From Planctomycetota bacterium (lineage in GTDB: Bacteria > Planctomycetota > JAPUJT01), in the NCBI GenBank assembly GCA_027296055.1, contig JAPUJT010000023.1, positions 1,858 to 65,857 of the forward strand: a stretch of DNA of 64,000 nt, read 5' to 3'. The notes beneath the pieces were generated by a model. The model saw nothing but the letters and a program-made list of their open reading frames with translations, was not told the origin of the DNA and did no database searches. This document shows positions 48,501 through 57,610 of the stretch, in pieces (within the stretch, counting starts at the first letter, position 1; every line of letters starts with the position of its first letter). Both the position numbers and the translations under genes were made by a program.

Positions 48501-49726
48501 GGAAACTCCTCCTCTTCGTCGAGAGGCGGTCTCTCACGCTCTTCCCAGAGGAGCACGGGGATCGGATCGCCACCGGTCTTCCCACGCTTGAGGAGGAACG
48601 AGAACTCCTTCCGGGGCGCCGTATCTCCCGTCGTGACCTTCACCGAGAAGAATCGGCTCCGGACGGTCAGTTGATTCTTGAGGGCCTTCCCCTTTTTCTT
48701 CTGGTCGTCATCATCGTCCGTCCCGCCGAAGACATCCTCGAGACCTGCAATCTCGGTGGCCAGGTCCCCCACCGTCTTGAAGACGCCGCCCTGGGGATCA
48801 TCGTCATCCGTCAGGTCAGGTTCTACATCGGGCAAAAGCACCTCTTCCACCGGGGGGGCCCGGAAGGCCAGCACCTCGTCGGCGAAATACTCCGCCTGAT
48901 CTCCGTACTTCGGCTTGAAGATCGCGATCAGCACTTCCCGGGGGGCGGTATTCAGGTTGATCTGTCCCATCGAGTGGACCGTGAGGAAGTCGACGAGCCC
49001 GGGGTGGAAATCGAACTCATCTTCGAATCCGAAGAGCATCTCCTGAGTGATCCCCTCGACGGAGGCGAGGTCCTCGACGGACGCGAAAGGGGCGTTCTCG
49101 GCGATCGCCTCGACGATCTCCTTTGCCTCCTCCTCCTCCACGTGGAAGGGTGCATCGGTCAGCACGTCCCGGATGAACTCCCGGGTCTTGGCCTTCCTTT
49201 CCTCGGCCAGGGCCTTCGGGTCCGGGGCCTTAGGACCTGTCGGGCCCGTGGGACCCGTGGGACCTGTGGCACCCGTGGGTGGCTCCTCCTCGGGGATGTA
49301 GACCTCTTTCACGACAAGATTGTTCAGGCAGATCTTTCGGTCCTCGTCCATGATCCTGTATTCGATCGAGATCTCGCCAATTGACCTCTCGTGAGTGCCC
49401 CCCTCCGAGCCCGAAGGGTCCAGGTCCCCACCGGCAGCGCGGCCCGCCCAGGCGTCGAACACCGTATCGACGCTCTTCTCGCCCGGGTCCTCTGCCAGAT
49501 CCTCTCGCAGGTGAGCCTTGACGAGGGCCACCGCCCCGCGAGCGGCGTAATAGGTCTGGATCTCACGCGACTGGTTCTTGACGAGCTTGAGGTCGATCGT
49601 CGTGGTGTAGGTGAACTGGAGCGTCACGGCCACCAGGACGGCAACGACGAGAAGGGCGACGAGGAGGACGATTCCATCCTCGTCCTTCTTTCGTTGGCCC
49701 GGTCTGATCATCCTGGACACCTTCAT
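48497..49726 (-). CDS. gspK: Type II secretion minor pseudopilin GspK-like protein
   Basis: G-IVLLVALLVV prepilin N-terminus, DEDRKICLNNL, INLNTAPREVL, LTVRSRFF. Confidence 0.88.
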   Translation of the reverse strand: MKVSRMIRPGQRKKDEDGIVLLVALLVVAVLVAVTLQFTYTTTIDLKLVKNQSREIQTYYAARGAVALVKAHLREDLAEDPGEKSVDTVFDAWAGRAAGGDLDPSGSEGGTHERSIGEISIEYRIMDEDRKICLNNLVVKEVYIPEEEPPTGATGPTGPTGPTGPKAPDPKALAEERKAKTREFIRDVLTDAPFHVEEEEAKEIVEAIAENAPFASVEDLASVEGITQEMLFGFEDEFDFHPGLVDFLTVHSMGQINLNTAPREVLIAIFKPKYGDQAEYFADEVLAFRAPPVEEVLLPDVEPDLTDDDDPQGGVFKTVGDLATEIAGLEDVFGGTDDDDDQKKKGKALKNQLTVRSRFFSVKVTTGDTAPRKEFSFLLKRGKTGGDPIPVLLWEERERPPLDEEEEFP

Positions 49727-49922
49727 CGCGCGGTTTCCCTCATATCCTTTGGACGAACGAGGATACGGGATGGTTCAGTCGGACTCACTGAGGGGAGTCG
49801 GGGACCCCGTCCTCCCCCATCTTAGCCCGAACTATTCTCAATGCCGCACGGTTCTGGCCGGGTCCTGCTTGGCTCATTGCCAGGTCAGCGAATGCGACGC
49901 ATTCCCTCATGAATCTTCCGGG

Positions 49923-50321
49923 TCAGGGGCGGGTCCTCTTCTTGGCGTAGATGAAGGCGAAGGCTTCCAGGGCGCCCGGGGACTTCTGAACGGCCACCCG
50001 GGAGACCTTCTCGATCGGATAGACGGAGATCCCGCCCTGGCGTATGGCCAGAGCCTCCCTCTCCTTGTCCCAGACGTAGCTCCCCCCGAAGGAATGCCTC
50101 CAGATCTCGGCGAAGTAGTACCCCACCCGGCGGATCTCCTCCTTGGAGAGGTCGGCATGGGCCTCCAGGTAGCGATCCAGGTCACGTACTCGGTCGATGG
50201 AGAAGTCGAGCGCAGTCCCTGTCTCCCGTTCGTACCGCCGCATGAACTCGGAGGCGATACGAGAGGCCTTCTTCTCCCAGGGATCCTTACGAGCGATTCG
50301 CTTCCGGGATCTCTTTCTCAT
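49923..50321 (-). CDS. Hypothetical protein, DUF3806-like pattern
   Basis: LDFSIDRVRDLDRYL...GYYFAE...YPIEKV, plausible coding composition. Confidence 0.6.
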   Translation of the reverse strand: MRKRSRKRIARKDPWEKKASRIASEFMRRYERETGTALDFSIDRVRDLDRYLEAHADLSKEEIRRVGYYFAEIWRHSFGGSYVWDKEREALAIRQGGISVYPIEKVSRVAVQKSPGALEAFAFIYAKKRTRP

Positions 50322-50394
50322 GGCCACCACGCGAAAAACCCCCAGCAGGGCCAGGGGTTCTCATGCACTCCGGGTCGGTCCGGGTCCCGTCAGA

Positions 50395-52644
50395 TCAGTG
50401 GATCCTCTCGGCCTCGAAAAGGTCGAGCTTCTGCTTGGCATCGAGAGTCGCCTTCCCGAGCGCAGCCCCAGCCGCCACGAAGATCGGGCTTCCCTCCTCC
50501 GACAGGGCCTCCTTCAGTCCGAGGAACGCCTCCGGCGGGGTCGCCTTCTGGGCGGACAGGACGCTCCCCAGGGCCTGTATCGCGGCCACCCGGGCATCCT
50601 CCGCATTGTTGCGATTCGTCAGGATCTGGGTGAGGGCCGTGATCGAGCCTCTGTCCTGGAGGTTTCCGATGGCGGCCATGGCGGGGATGCGGACGAAATC
50701 GGGCCGCTTCTCGAGAGTCTCACCCAGCGCCGACGCCAGGCCCTTCAGGTCGAAGATCGTGTCCCCAGGATCGATCATCGAGAGGCTCGTCGCAGCCTCG
50801 GCTGCGATCCGATCTGCCTTCGCCTTGATCGCCTCATCCTTGCCCTCGAAGATCGCGTCGATTCGATCCTTGAGGACCACCTCATCGATATCGGCCGGGA
50901 TCACACCGTCCGCCCGATCGCCGTACACCTGCTCCGCCCTCGCCACCTTGGCCGGGTCGCTGATGATAAGGATTGGAATGTGACTCGTCCGGAAATCGCT
51001 CTTGAAGATGTCGATCAGCTCGTGAGCCCGACCCCCGGGTAGCTCCTCCCCGATGAGGAAAATGTCCTCGGGCGGAAAGAAGAGACCTCGACGCCTGCCC
51101 TCCTCGACGCTGGCCGCCCCGAGAGGCAGGTAGTGATAGCGTCCGAGCATGTGGACGAACCGATTTCTCAAGCTGGAATTCCCTTCGATCACGAGAACGA
51201 GCCGAGGCGCCTTCTCCCCGACCGCCATGATCAGGTTCTGGACTACCTGCCCCCTGAAGAGCACATCGGTCCGAGGACGGATGCGGACGATCGCGTTCGC
51301 CGCCGCGTAGCGGACACGCTTGTCGCGGTAAAAGAGGGCCTCGATCATGGGCGCCCCCGCAACGTTCGGCACGGGGGGCATCACGCCAGCGCTCACCTTG
51401 GGGGGCTTTGGGCTCCCCGTCGGAAGGAGACTCGCGCTCATCGGGAGATCCTGCAGCGCCCGGATCGCGGCCACGGCTTCCTGCACGCGACCATCGCTGA
51501 GGGAGCGGGCGAGCGCCTTCAGGATCCCCTCGGCGCCGACGACGCTATTGATGGATCGGGCCTTCTGGAGGGCGTCGAGATCCGCCTGGATGGAGTCGAC
51601 CGTCGACGCGTCGAGCTCACCCCGAGCCGATTTCTCGACGGCCACCTCGAGGGCGGCCTCCACTTCCGTGACGCGGGCGTAATAGGTGTTCAGGAGAAGC
51701 GTCCAGAGAGGATCGAAACTCGGGTTCACCCTGAGGCCCTCGTAGCAGAGCTCCTCCGCCATTGTTTCGTTGTAGGCGTAGCTGGGAACGCTCCGGCTCG
51801 TCAGCTTTCCATCCCGCCAATCCCAGACGATCCATTCCCTGTAGTTGTTGTTCACGAAGGCCGGCTCATCGTAGTAATATCGATCCGCATCGCGCAGGAA
51901 GAGGACAGGCGATGCCGGCAGGTCCCGAGGGCTCCTCCCCGTGATCTTCTGGATCGAGTCGGCGGCCTGGTCTTTCACGTCCTGATCCTCGTCCCCTTCC
52001 CAGGCGCGCTTCAAGTACGGCAGGGCCCGACGATCCCGGATGTGCCCCAGGATCACCGCCACGTTCTGTCGCCCGAAGGCGTCGGGCAGACCGAACAGCT
52101 CGACGAGGGGACGGACGGCGTCAGGCCCCATCTCGGAGAGAAGCCGGATCACCCGCACCCTGTGATCGTCCTTCTGCCGATTCGAGAGGACCTCGACGAT
52201 CTCCTCCGAGAGGAAGACATACTGACCCACGCTGTGGATGATCTCTTGCGCGGCGAGGAACTGCTGGCGGAAGTCGTCTCCCTTCAGATCCTCCATGAGG
52301 GAGTTGATCCGTTCCGGATTGGACCTGTCCTTCAGCTCCCCCTTCTCCGCCCCGCGGAGGAACTTCCGGATCAGGTCCCGCAAGTCCTCATTTTCGGAAG
52401 AAAGGCCCTTGAGAAAGAAGGCCTCGCCGGCCTCCTTGCGTAGCTCGAGAAAGATCTCTGTGTTCGGCTGGAGGGCAAGACAGCGATCGAGAAGGTCCGC
52501 CGACTTCTCGAAATCACCCTGTTCGAGGGCGTCGACCGCCTGCCGAAAAGTCGTCCGGACATCCTCCTCGGCGAACCCCGACGGGGCCATCACACCGAAA
52601 ACCGCGATCACCACAAGAGGGACGATCCAGGACCAGCGCCGCAT
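50395..52644 (-). CDS. Exported HEAT-repeat protein with a degenerate receiver-like domain
   Basis: Signal peptide ending GFA-EE, HEAT motifs (RVRYAAANAI, DARVAAIQALG), LVLVIEGN...DIFLIG...IPILII. RBS AGGAGAG. Confidence 0.82.
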   Translation of the reverse strand: MRRWSWIVPLVVIAVFGVMAPSGFAEEDVRTTFRQAVDALEQGDFEKSADLLDRCLALQPNTEIFLELRKEAGEAFFLKGLSSENEDLRDLIRKFLRGAEKGELKDRSNPERINSLMEDLKGDDFRQQFLAAQEIIHSVGQYVFLSEEIVEVLSNRQKDDHRVRVIRLLSEMGPDAVRPLVELFGLPDAFGRQNVAVILGHIRDRRALPYLKRAWEGDEDQDVKDQAADSIQKITGRSPRDLPASPVLFLRDADRYYYDEPAFVNNNYREWIVWDWRDGKLTSRSVPSYAYNETMAEELCYEGLRVNPSFDPLWTLLLNTYYARVTEVEAALEVAVEKSARGELDASTVDSIQADLDALQKARSINSVVGAEGILKALARSLSDGRVQEAVAAIRALQDLPMSASLLPTGSPKPPKVSAGVMPPVPNVAGAPMIEALFYRDKRVRYAAANAIVRIRPRTDVLFRGQVVQNLIMAVGEKAPRLVLVIEGNSSLRNRFVHMLGRYHYLPLGAASVEEGRRRGLFFPPEDIFLIGEELPGGRAHELIDIFKSDFRTSHIPILIISDPAKVARAEQVYGDRADGVIPADIDEVVLKDRIDAIFEGKDEAIKAKADRIAAEAATSLSMIDPGDTIFDLKGLASALGETLEKRPDFVRIPAMAAIGNLQDRGSITALTQILTNRNNAEDARVAAIQALGSVLSAQKATPPEAFLGLKEALSEEGSPIFVAAGAALGKATLDAKQKLDLFEAERIH

Positions 52645-52685
52645 ACTCTCCTCCTGTTTTCACTTAGGGAAACTACCGGGGGGGA

Positions 52686-52713
52686 ATTATAGCGGGGCGC
52701 GGAGGCAAGTCAA
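52686..52713 (-). promoter_or_regulatory. sigma70-like promoter
   Basis: TTGACT-16-TATAAT, about 40 nt upstream of 52644. Confidence 0.65.
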
Positions 52714-52731
52714 TGTCGGAGGATCCGAGCC

Positions 52732-53226
52732 TCACTCGGGGGTCTTGCCCCTCTCATAGACGGCGTCCTGCCTGCGGCCGAGGAGGACGTCCGGGGGAAA
52801 CGGGGAGCCATGCCGGGCGTACGACCGCACTCGATCGCTGAGCGCGAGATTCCTCGCGATCTCCCCCAGGGGCTCTTCGAAGCGTTGGGGTAGACCCTCG
52901 TAGGAGTCCGAAACCCTTGCCGTATCCTCGAAGATCAAGTCCCCGGTCAGGGAATAGAGCCTCAGGTTCAGGCGACCGGGACCTCGATCAAGGACCGCCA
53001 CGGCGGAAGGGTCAAGATCAGATGGGTTATCTTCCCAGTCGGTGACTTCCCCGACGTAAACGTACAATATGGCGCAGGCTAGAAGGATATCCTGCGCCTC
53101 GAGTTCTGGAACCGAGGGGTGGAACTGCACCCGGATAGGCATCGGGTCCTGGAGCGCCAGAGCCTTCGTCAGAGGTTGGGCGGCGCATCCCGACAGCAAA
53201 GCGGCGGCGAGGAGGGCTCCTCTCAT
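52732..53226 (-). CDS. Hypothetical lipoprotein
   Basis: MRGALLAAALLSGC lipobox. ATGA overlap with the upstream gene. Confidence 0.7.
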   Translation of the reverse strand: MRGALLAAALLSGCAAQPLTKALALQDPMPIRVQFHPSVPELEAQDILLACAILYVYVGEVTDWEDNPSDLDPSAVAVLDRGPGRLNLRLYSLTGDLIFEDTARVSDSYEGLPQRFEEPLGEIARNLALSDRVRSYARHGSPFPPDVLLGRRQDAVYERGKTPE

Positions 53227-53936
53227 TCCTGACTCCCCAAGGATCCCGTGAGTGGCTCGATGGCGGGACCGTCTCGGATCGGATCCCGCTCGCCAGGCAG
53301 ACGATAGAAGTCGCCTAACCACTCGTTTCCAACCAAAACCTCGCGGGTGGTCGCCAGGGCCGACAGGAGGGCATCGCCGAAGAGGTTGGCGGCATCTTCC
53401 CGTGATGTGAGAAAGGACCGGCTCGCCCAGCCGGTGGATACATCTTCGACGTTCAGACCCGGGATGCGCCTCTGTCGAGTCGCCCAGTAGCCCGAACCGA
53501 GTCGATCCACCCACGGCCGGATGTCGTAGATTCGAATTCCTACCCGGACGCTGTAGCCCCAGGAGAGAGCCGCCGAGACCTCTTCGACATCGATCGAGAC
53601 CACGGCAAGAGGAGCGTAGTCCTTGCGCGACTCGTCCGGGTAGAGCGCCGCCGTCTCCCGGACTGACCCCGCTGCCGGGGTGGCATCCTCGAACACCGTG
53701 GCGAGCAACCCTCCCACGAGGCGGTCCGCCTCCTTCCGGGCGCTCTCGACGGAGAGGGATGGAGCACGATGGTTGTTGATCCGGATCCAGTATCGGACGG
53801 ATCCCTCCACCGGGGTCCCCTCCGGAGGAGCGGGCCAGGTGATCTCCACCGGGGCGATGGCACAGCCCGCCAGGAAAAGGATCGGCCCGGAAGTCAGTAA
53901 CGCCACCACTCGTTCGGCCGCAGTCCATCTTTTCAC
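53223..53936 (-). CDS. Hypothetical lipoprotein
   Basis: ILFLAGC lipobox. Start uncertain (GTG 53936). Confidence 0.65.
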   Translation of the reverse strand: MKRWTAAERVVALLTSGPILFLAGCAIAPVEITWPAPPEGTPVEGSVRYWIRINNHRAPSLSVESARKEADRLVGGLLATVFEDATPAAGSVRETAALYPDESRKDYAPLAVVSIDVEEVSAALSWGYSVRVGIRIYDIRPWVDRLGSGYWATRQRRIPGLNVEDVSTGWASRSFLTSREDAANLFGDALLSALATTREVLVGNEWLGDFYRLPGERDPIRDGPAIEPLTGSLGSQE

Positions 53937-53991
53937 GGCGGCGAGAATAACCCCGCGGCCGCCCCACCCGCAAGTGGCAGTCCGGCGCGAC

Positions 53992-54020
53992 TTGGACGGC
54001 GCGTCGGAATGGGTTAGAAT
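53992..54020 (+). promoter_or_regulatory. sigma70-like promoter
   Basis: TTGGAC-17-TAGAAT upstream of 54072. Confidence 0.5.
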
Positions 54021-54071
54021 GATCCCGCTCGTCCCCTCCGCCCGTGACCGTTGCCCGAAGGCACCCTCTCG

Positions 54072-55595
54072 ATGAGCACAGCTCTCCTGATTCTCATTGC
54101 AGCGCTCACCCTGGCTCCCGATACGCCTCTGCCGGACACGGTCCTCGAGGAGCGAATCGTCCGGACCCTCGGGGATCGCGCAGACCTCATCCGCGAGAGA
54201 CTGAAGATCGCCCACGCTCCGTTCCTGGACGAGTGCGATGCCCACCTGAAACGCTCCGATTTCTCCGCGAAGAGCATAGGTCAGCTGAAGAAGATGGCCC
54301 TCGCCGTTCTCGACGATTGGATCCGGATAGGGAACGATCGTCCGGAGATGATCCGCCGCCTGCCGGTCTGGATCGATCGGATGCCAGGCGAGAAGGAGCA
54401 ATCCAGGACGACGCTCGCCCTCGCCGAAGGAAGCGCGCCGACCGAACTGTCGGCCGAAGATCGCCGCCTCATGATCCAGCTCCTGCGTAGGTTACCCGGT
54501 CCCGAAGCGGCTTCGGCGGCCCGCCGATTCGAAGGTCCGGAGAAGATCCTCGAGCCTCCTCCCCCCCCACCGCCCTCGGGTCCGACCCCGGAGGAGCTTC
54601 TGGAGGCGGGGGACTGGACTTCCGCCTACCGGGCCATCCGAAATCTGGAGGATCCGGAGGGGGCCTGGAATGAGCTGCGGGGACGGCTGGTGAAACGAGA
54701 GGGATGGTCTCGGCTGCAGATCCTCCTGGGAGACGAGGGGGATTTTCCGGCTCTCGATGCCTATTGCGAGAAGTGGCCCGGTCGCTTTCGTCGCGTCGCG
54801 CAAGGGGCCGTGCCGCTCATCCTGGAGGGAGGGCAGGTCGCTCCGTTTCCCGGTCGGATCCGATCGGGGGTCTGGGAGATCATGCTGCCAGCGGCCCGCG
54901 CATGGGTGGTGGAGGTTCCTTTGCCCGAGGGTCCTCCGCTCGCCGTCATCGTCGCCCCGCCCTTCGGCGACGAGCCGGTCCGGGTCCCCGTCCGGGTGCC
55001 CGACGAGATGACGCTGATCCCGGGAGGAGAGGGGATCGATGTCCCCTTCTTCATCGATTGGACCGAATGCCCCGGCCGAAGGGTGAGGGAGTTTCTCCGG
55101 GAGCGGCCTGAGGACCTCGCCTGGCTGACGAGGCGATTCTCGTCCGGGGTGGATTTCTCGGAACCGGACCTCCCCGCCCTCCTCCGGAAAGATCAGCGAT
55201 CCTTCGATGCCTGGAAGACGGCCACTTCTTATGCGGATTCCTGGGAGCGAAAGGCGATCCCGCGCCTGGAGGAGTGGCAGGCTGCGGCCCGTCTCTGGGT
55301 GGACCTCGGCGGCAAGAGGCGCGCCAACCTGAACCGGGACAAGCCGGCGTTGCTCGACGTCCACTCCTCGGAGTCGAGGGGGGCGGGGGGGATCTCGCAC
55401 CTTCTCGGGAACGCCTGGGAAATCCTGGAGGGACGGCACGTGGCGGGCGGCGGCACGGAGTCCCTCCCGTGGCGCATCGGCAGGAATCCGCTCATGCTAC
55501 TCGATCGGACGTTGCGCTGGGATGCCGAGGTCGTCCGGAACGTGGGCTTCCGGATGGTCCTCCGGCTCGCCCCGAGGGAGGAGGACGGATATTGA
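54072..55595 (+). CDS. Exported protein with a degenerate C-terminal FGE-sulfatase (SUMF1-like) domain
   Basis: Signal-like N-terminus, MTLIPGG, PFFIDWTE, PRLEEWQAAAR, HLLGNAWE, VGFRMV. Confidence 0.72.
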   Translation: MSTALLILIAALTLAPDTPLPDTVLEERIVRTLGDRADLIRERLKIAHAPFLDECDAHLKRSDFSAKSIGQLKKMALAVLDDWIRIGNDRPEMIRRLPVWIDRMPGEKEQSRTTLALAEGSAPTELSAEDRRLMIQLLRRLPGPEAASAARRFEGPEKILEPPPPPPPSGPTPEELLEAGDWTSAYRAIRNLEDPEGAWNELRGRLVKREGWSRLQILLGDEGDFPALDAYCEKWPGRFRRVAQGAVPLILEGGQVAPFPGRIRSGVWEIMLPAARAWVVEVPLPEGPPLAVIVAPPFGDEPVRVPVRVPDEMTLIPGGEGIDVPFFIDWTECPGRRVREFLRERPEDLAWLTRRFSSGVDFSEPDLPALLRKDQRSFDAWKTATSYADSWERKAIPRLEEWQAAARLWVDLGGKRRANLNRDKPALLDVHSSESRGAGGISHLLGNAWEILEGRHVAGGGTESLPWRIGRNPLMLLDRTLRWDAEVVRNVGFRMVLRLAPREEDGY

Positions 55596-57604
55596 AGTGG
55601 GTCACGGTCGAATGCCCCGGTTGCCGCAAGCCCAACATGGTCGACCCCTCGGTCACCTCGGAGCTGGTCTGCTCGCACTGCGATGAGAAGACCCTGGTCG
55701 TCTCCACCGGGACGTTTCGCTCCCTCTCCGGTGAGATCCTCGGGGAGAACTACCAGATCGAGGAGAGGATCGGACAGGGGGGATTCGGCGAGGTGTACCG
55801 GGCGAGGGATCGTCTCCTCCAGCGACTCGTGGCGGTCAAGGTCCTCGCCCAGCCGACCGGTCCCGATACGGAGCGATCGGGGAGGTTCTTGCGGGAGGCG
55901 GTGACCGCCGCGCAGATCACCCATCCCAACGTGGTCCACATCTACGATGTCGGGTCGGACGCCAGGAGAGGGCTTCACTACCTCGTGATGGAGTTCGTCG
56001 ACGGACGTAATCTCAAGGAGAAGGTCGAGGCGGAAGGTCCGCTGGGAGAGGGGGAGGTGGCGGCCATCGGCCTCCAGATTGCCAGGGGCCTCTCGGCCGC
56101 CCACTCGCAGGGGATCGTTCACCGGGACATCAAGCCGGGCAACATCATGGAGGCTCGGATGGGAGGGGTGAAGATCACCGACTTCGGACTGGCCCGCATA
56201 CTGCAGGTGGATCATGCCACGAAGACCCAGACGGCAGGGTCGGTGGCCTACATGCCTCCGGAGCAGTTCGAAGGTCGGCCGGTGGACGAGCGGGCCGACC
56301 TCTACTCCTTCGGGGCCACCCTCTACTTCCTCCTCTCCGGGAAGACGCCTTACCCCGGCGTCCATGACTTCAACGTCATGTACAACATCCTGAGCCGGGA
56401 GGCGACACCCCTCCCCGACGTCGCGCCGGGGACCTCCCTGGCGATGTGGGAGCTGATCCGGGACCTGATCCAGAAAGAGCCGGAGAAGAGGCCTTCGGGG
56501 GCGGACGAGGTCATCGGACGCCTCGAGTCCCTCCTTGCGAGGGATGCGGCGTCCGTTCGACCCTGCGGATCTTGCGGCGCCTTGAACGAGCCCGGCGTGG
56601 ATTTCTGCTCTGGATGCGGCAAGTCCCTCGACGCTCGACCGACGTCGCCGGCCGCGTCGGCGCCCCGCGCCCGTGATCTGGATCACACGGCGGTCAGCGC
56701 CCCCGTGCAGATGAAAAAGGTCTCCAGGCATCGAGTCCCATCGCGCTGGGCGGCGCTTGCCGTCGGCGGCCTCATCATTGTCGCCGCGGCGATCTGGGGA
56801 CCGAGCCTTGTGACCCACCCCCCCGAGCCGGCGCCCGAGGGGCCGAAGTCGATGGCGACCCTATCCTCGGAGGGCGCGGAGTTGCTTCGAAGGGCTGACT
56901 TCGGCGGGTATCTGGAGCGAGGTGAGGAGCCGTTGGCGACACAGGTCGGGAAGCTTCGAGACGACCTGCGGGGCGAGGTCACCTACAGGAAGAAGCTCGA
57001 CATCCTCGAGGGCCACGCGGAGGAGATCGCCGGGAGGACCGACACCGCGGCCGCCGCCCTCCTCGAGGGGATCCTGTCGAAGGTGCTCCTTCTCGGCGTC
57101 GACCGTCTCGACAATCTGGACCTGGGGGGGGAGGTCTCCGATATCCGGTCGCGCCTCTCCAACGAGCGCGTGTCGATGAGGTTCGGGGAAGGATCGCCCA
57201 TCGAGCCCGTCGTGTCCCGGGTGAACGACGCCGCCGCATCCCTGCACGATTTCCTCGGAGAGGTCGTGGTGCAGAACCTCGAACCGCCGTACCTGGATCA
57301 TTACAAGAAGCTCGTCAAGATTGGTGATGCGGTGGCGCGCGCTCGGAAGAAGACCGAGGGCATCGGGGCGGATTGGGAAAGATGGCAGGACGTGGCGAAG
57401 AGACCGTTGATCGACGAGACTGTTCGCAGGTCTCAGCGCGACGAGTCCATGAGGATGAAACCATCGAGGATCTACGAGCAGGTGATCCCGGCGATGGAGA
57501 TCCTGGCCGAGATCCAGGGGATGGGCGTGGGGGAGGTCTTGACGCAGATCGAGAAGAAGGCCAGGGATGATCGGATCTCGATCCCCTGGAACCAGGGGGG
57601 GTAG
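55592..57604 (+). CDS. Hanks-type Ser/Thr protein kinase with two zinc ribbons and a TM helix
   Basis: GQGGFGEV, VAVK, HRDIKPGN, DFG, YMPPE. CxxC...CxxC pairs before and after the kinase domain. TTGA overlap with the upstream stop. Confidence 0.93.
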   Translation: MKWVTVECPGCRKPNMVDPSVTSELVCSHCDEKTLVVSTGTFRSLSGEILGENYQIEERIGQGGFGEVYRARDRLLQRLVAVKVLAQPTGPDTERSGRFLREAVTAAQITHPNVVHIYDVGSDARRGLHYLVMEFVDGRNLKEKVEAEGPLGEGEVAAIGLQIARGLSAAHSQGIVHRDIKPGNIMEARMGGVKITDFGLARILQVDHATKTQTAGSVAYMPPEQFEGRPVDERADLYSFGATLYFLLSGKTPYPGVHDFNVMYNILSREATPLPDVAPGTSLAMWELIRDLIQKEPEKRPSGADEVIGRLESLLARDAASVRPCGSCGALNEPGVDFCSGCGKSLDARPTSPAASAPRARDLDHTAVSAPVQMKKVSRHRVPSRWAALAVGGLIIVAAAIWGPSLVTHPPEPAPEGPKSMATLSSEGAELLRRADFGGYLERGEEPLATQVGKLRDDLRGEVTYRKKLDILEGHAEEIAGRTDTAAAALLEGILSKVLLLGVDRLDNLDLGGEVSDIRSRLSNERVSMRFGEGSPIEPVVSRVNDAAASLHDFLGEVVVQNLEPPYLDHYKKLVKIGDAVARARKKTEGIGADWERWQDVAKRPLIDETVRRSQRDESMRMKPSRIYEQVIPAMEILAEIQGMGVGEVLTQIEKKARDDRISIPWNQGG

Positions 57605-57610
57605 CCCGTC

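Noticed and set aside
6814-57131. Other 8-nt G/C runs (6814, 11298, 54561, 57124) as phase-variation switches
   Set aside because: They are in frame, encode ordinary Gly/Pro runs and are expected at this GC content. They serve as background for judging the tracts reported above.
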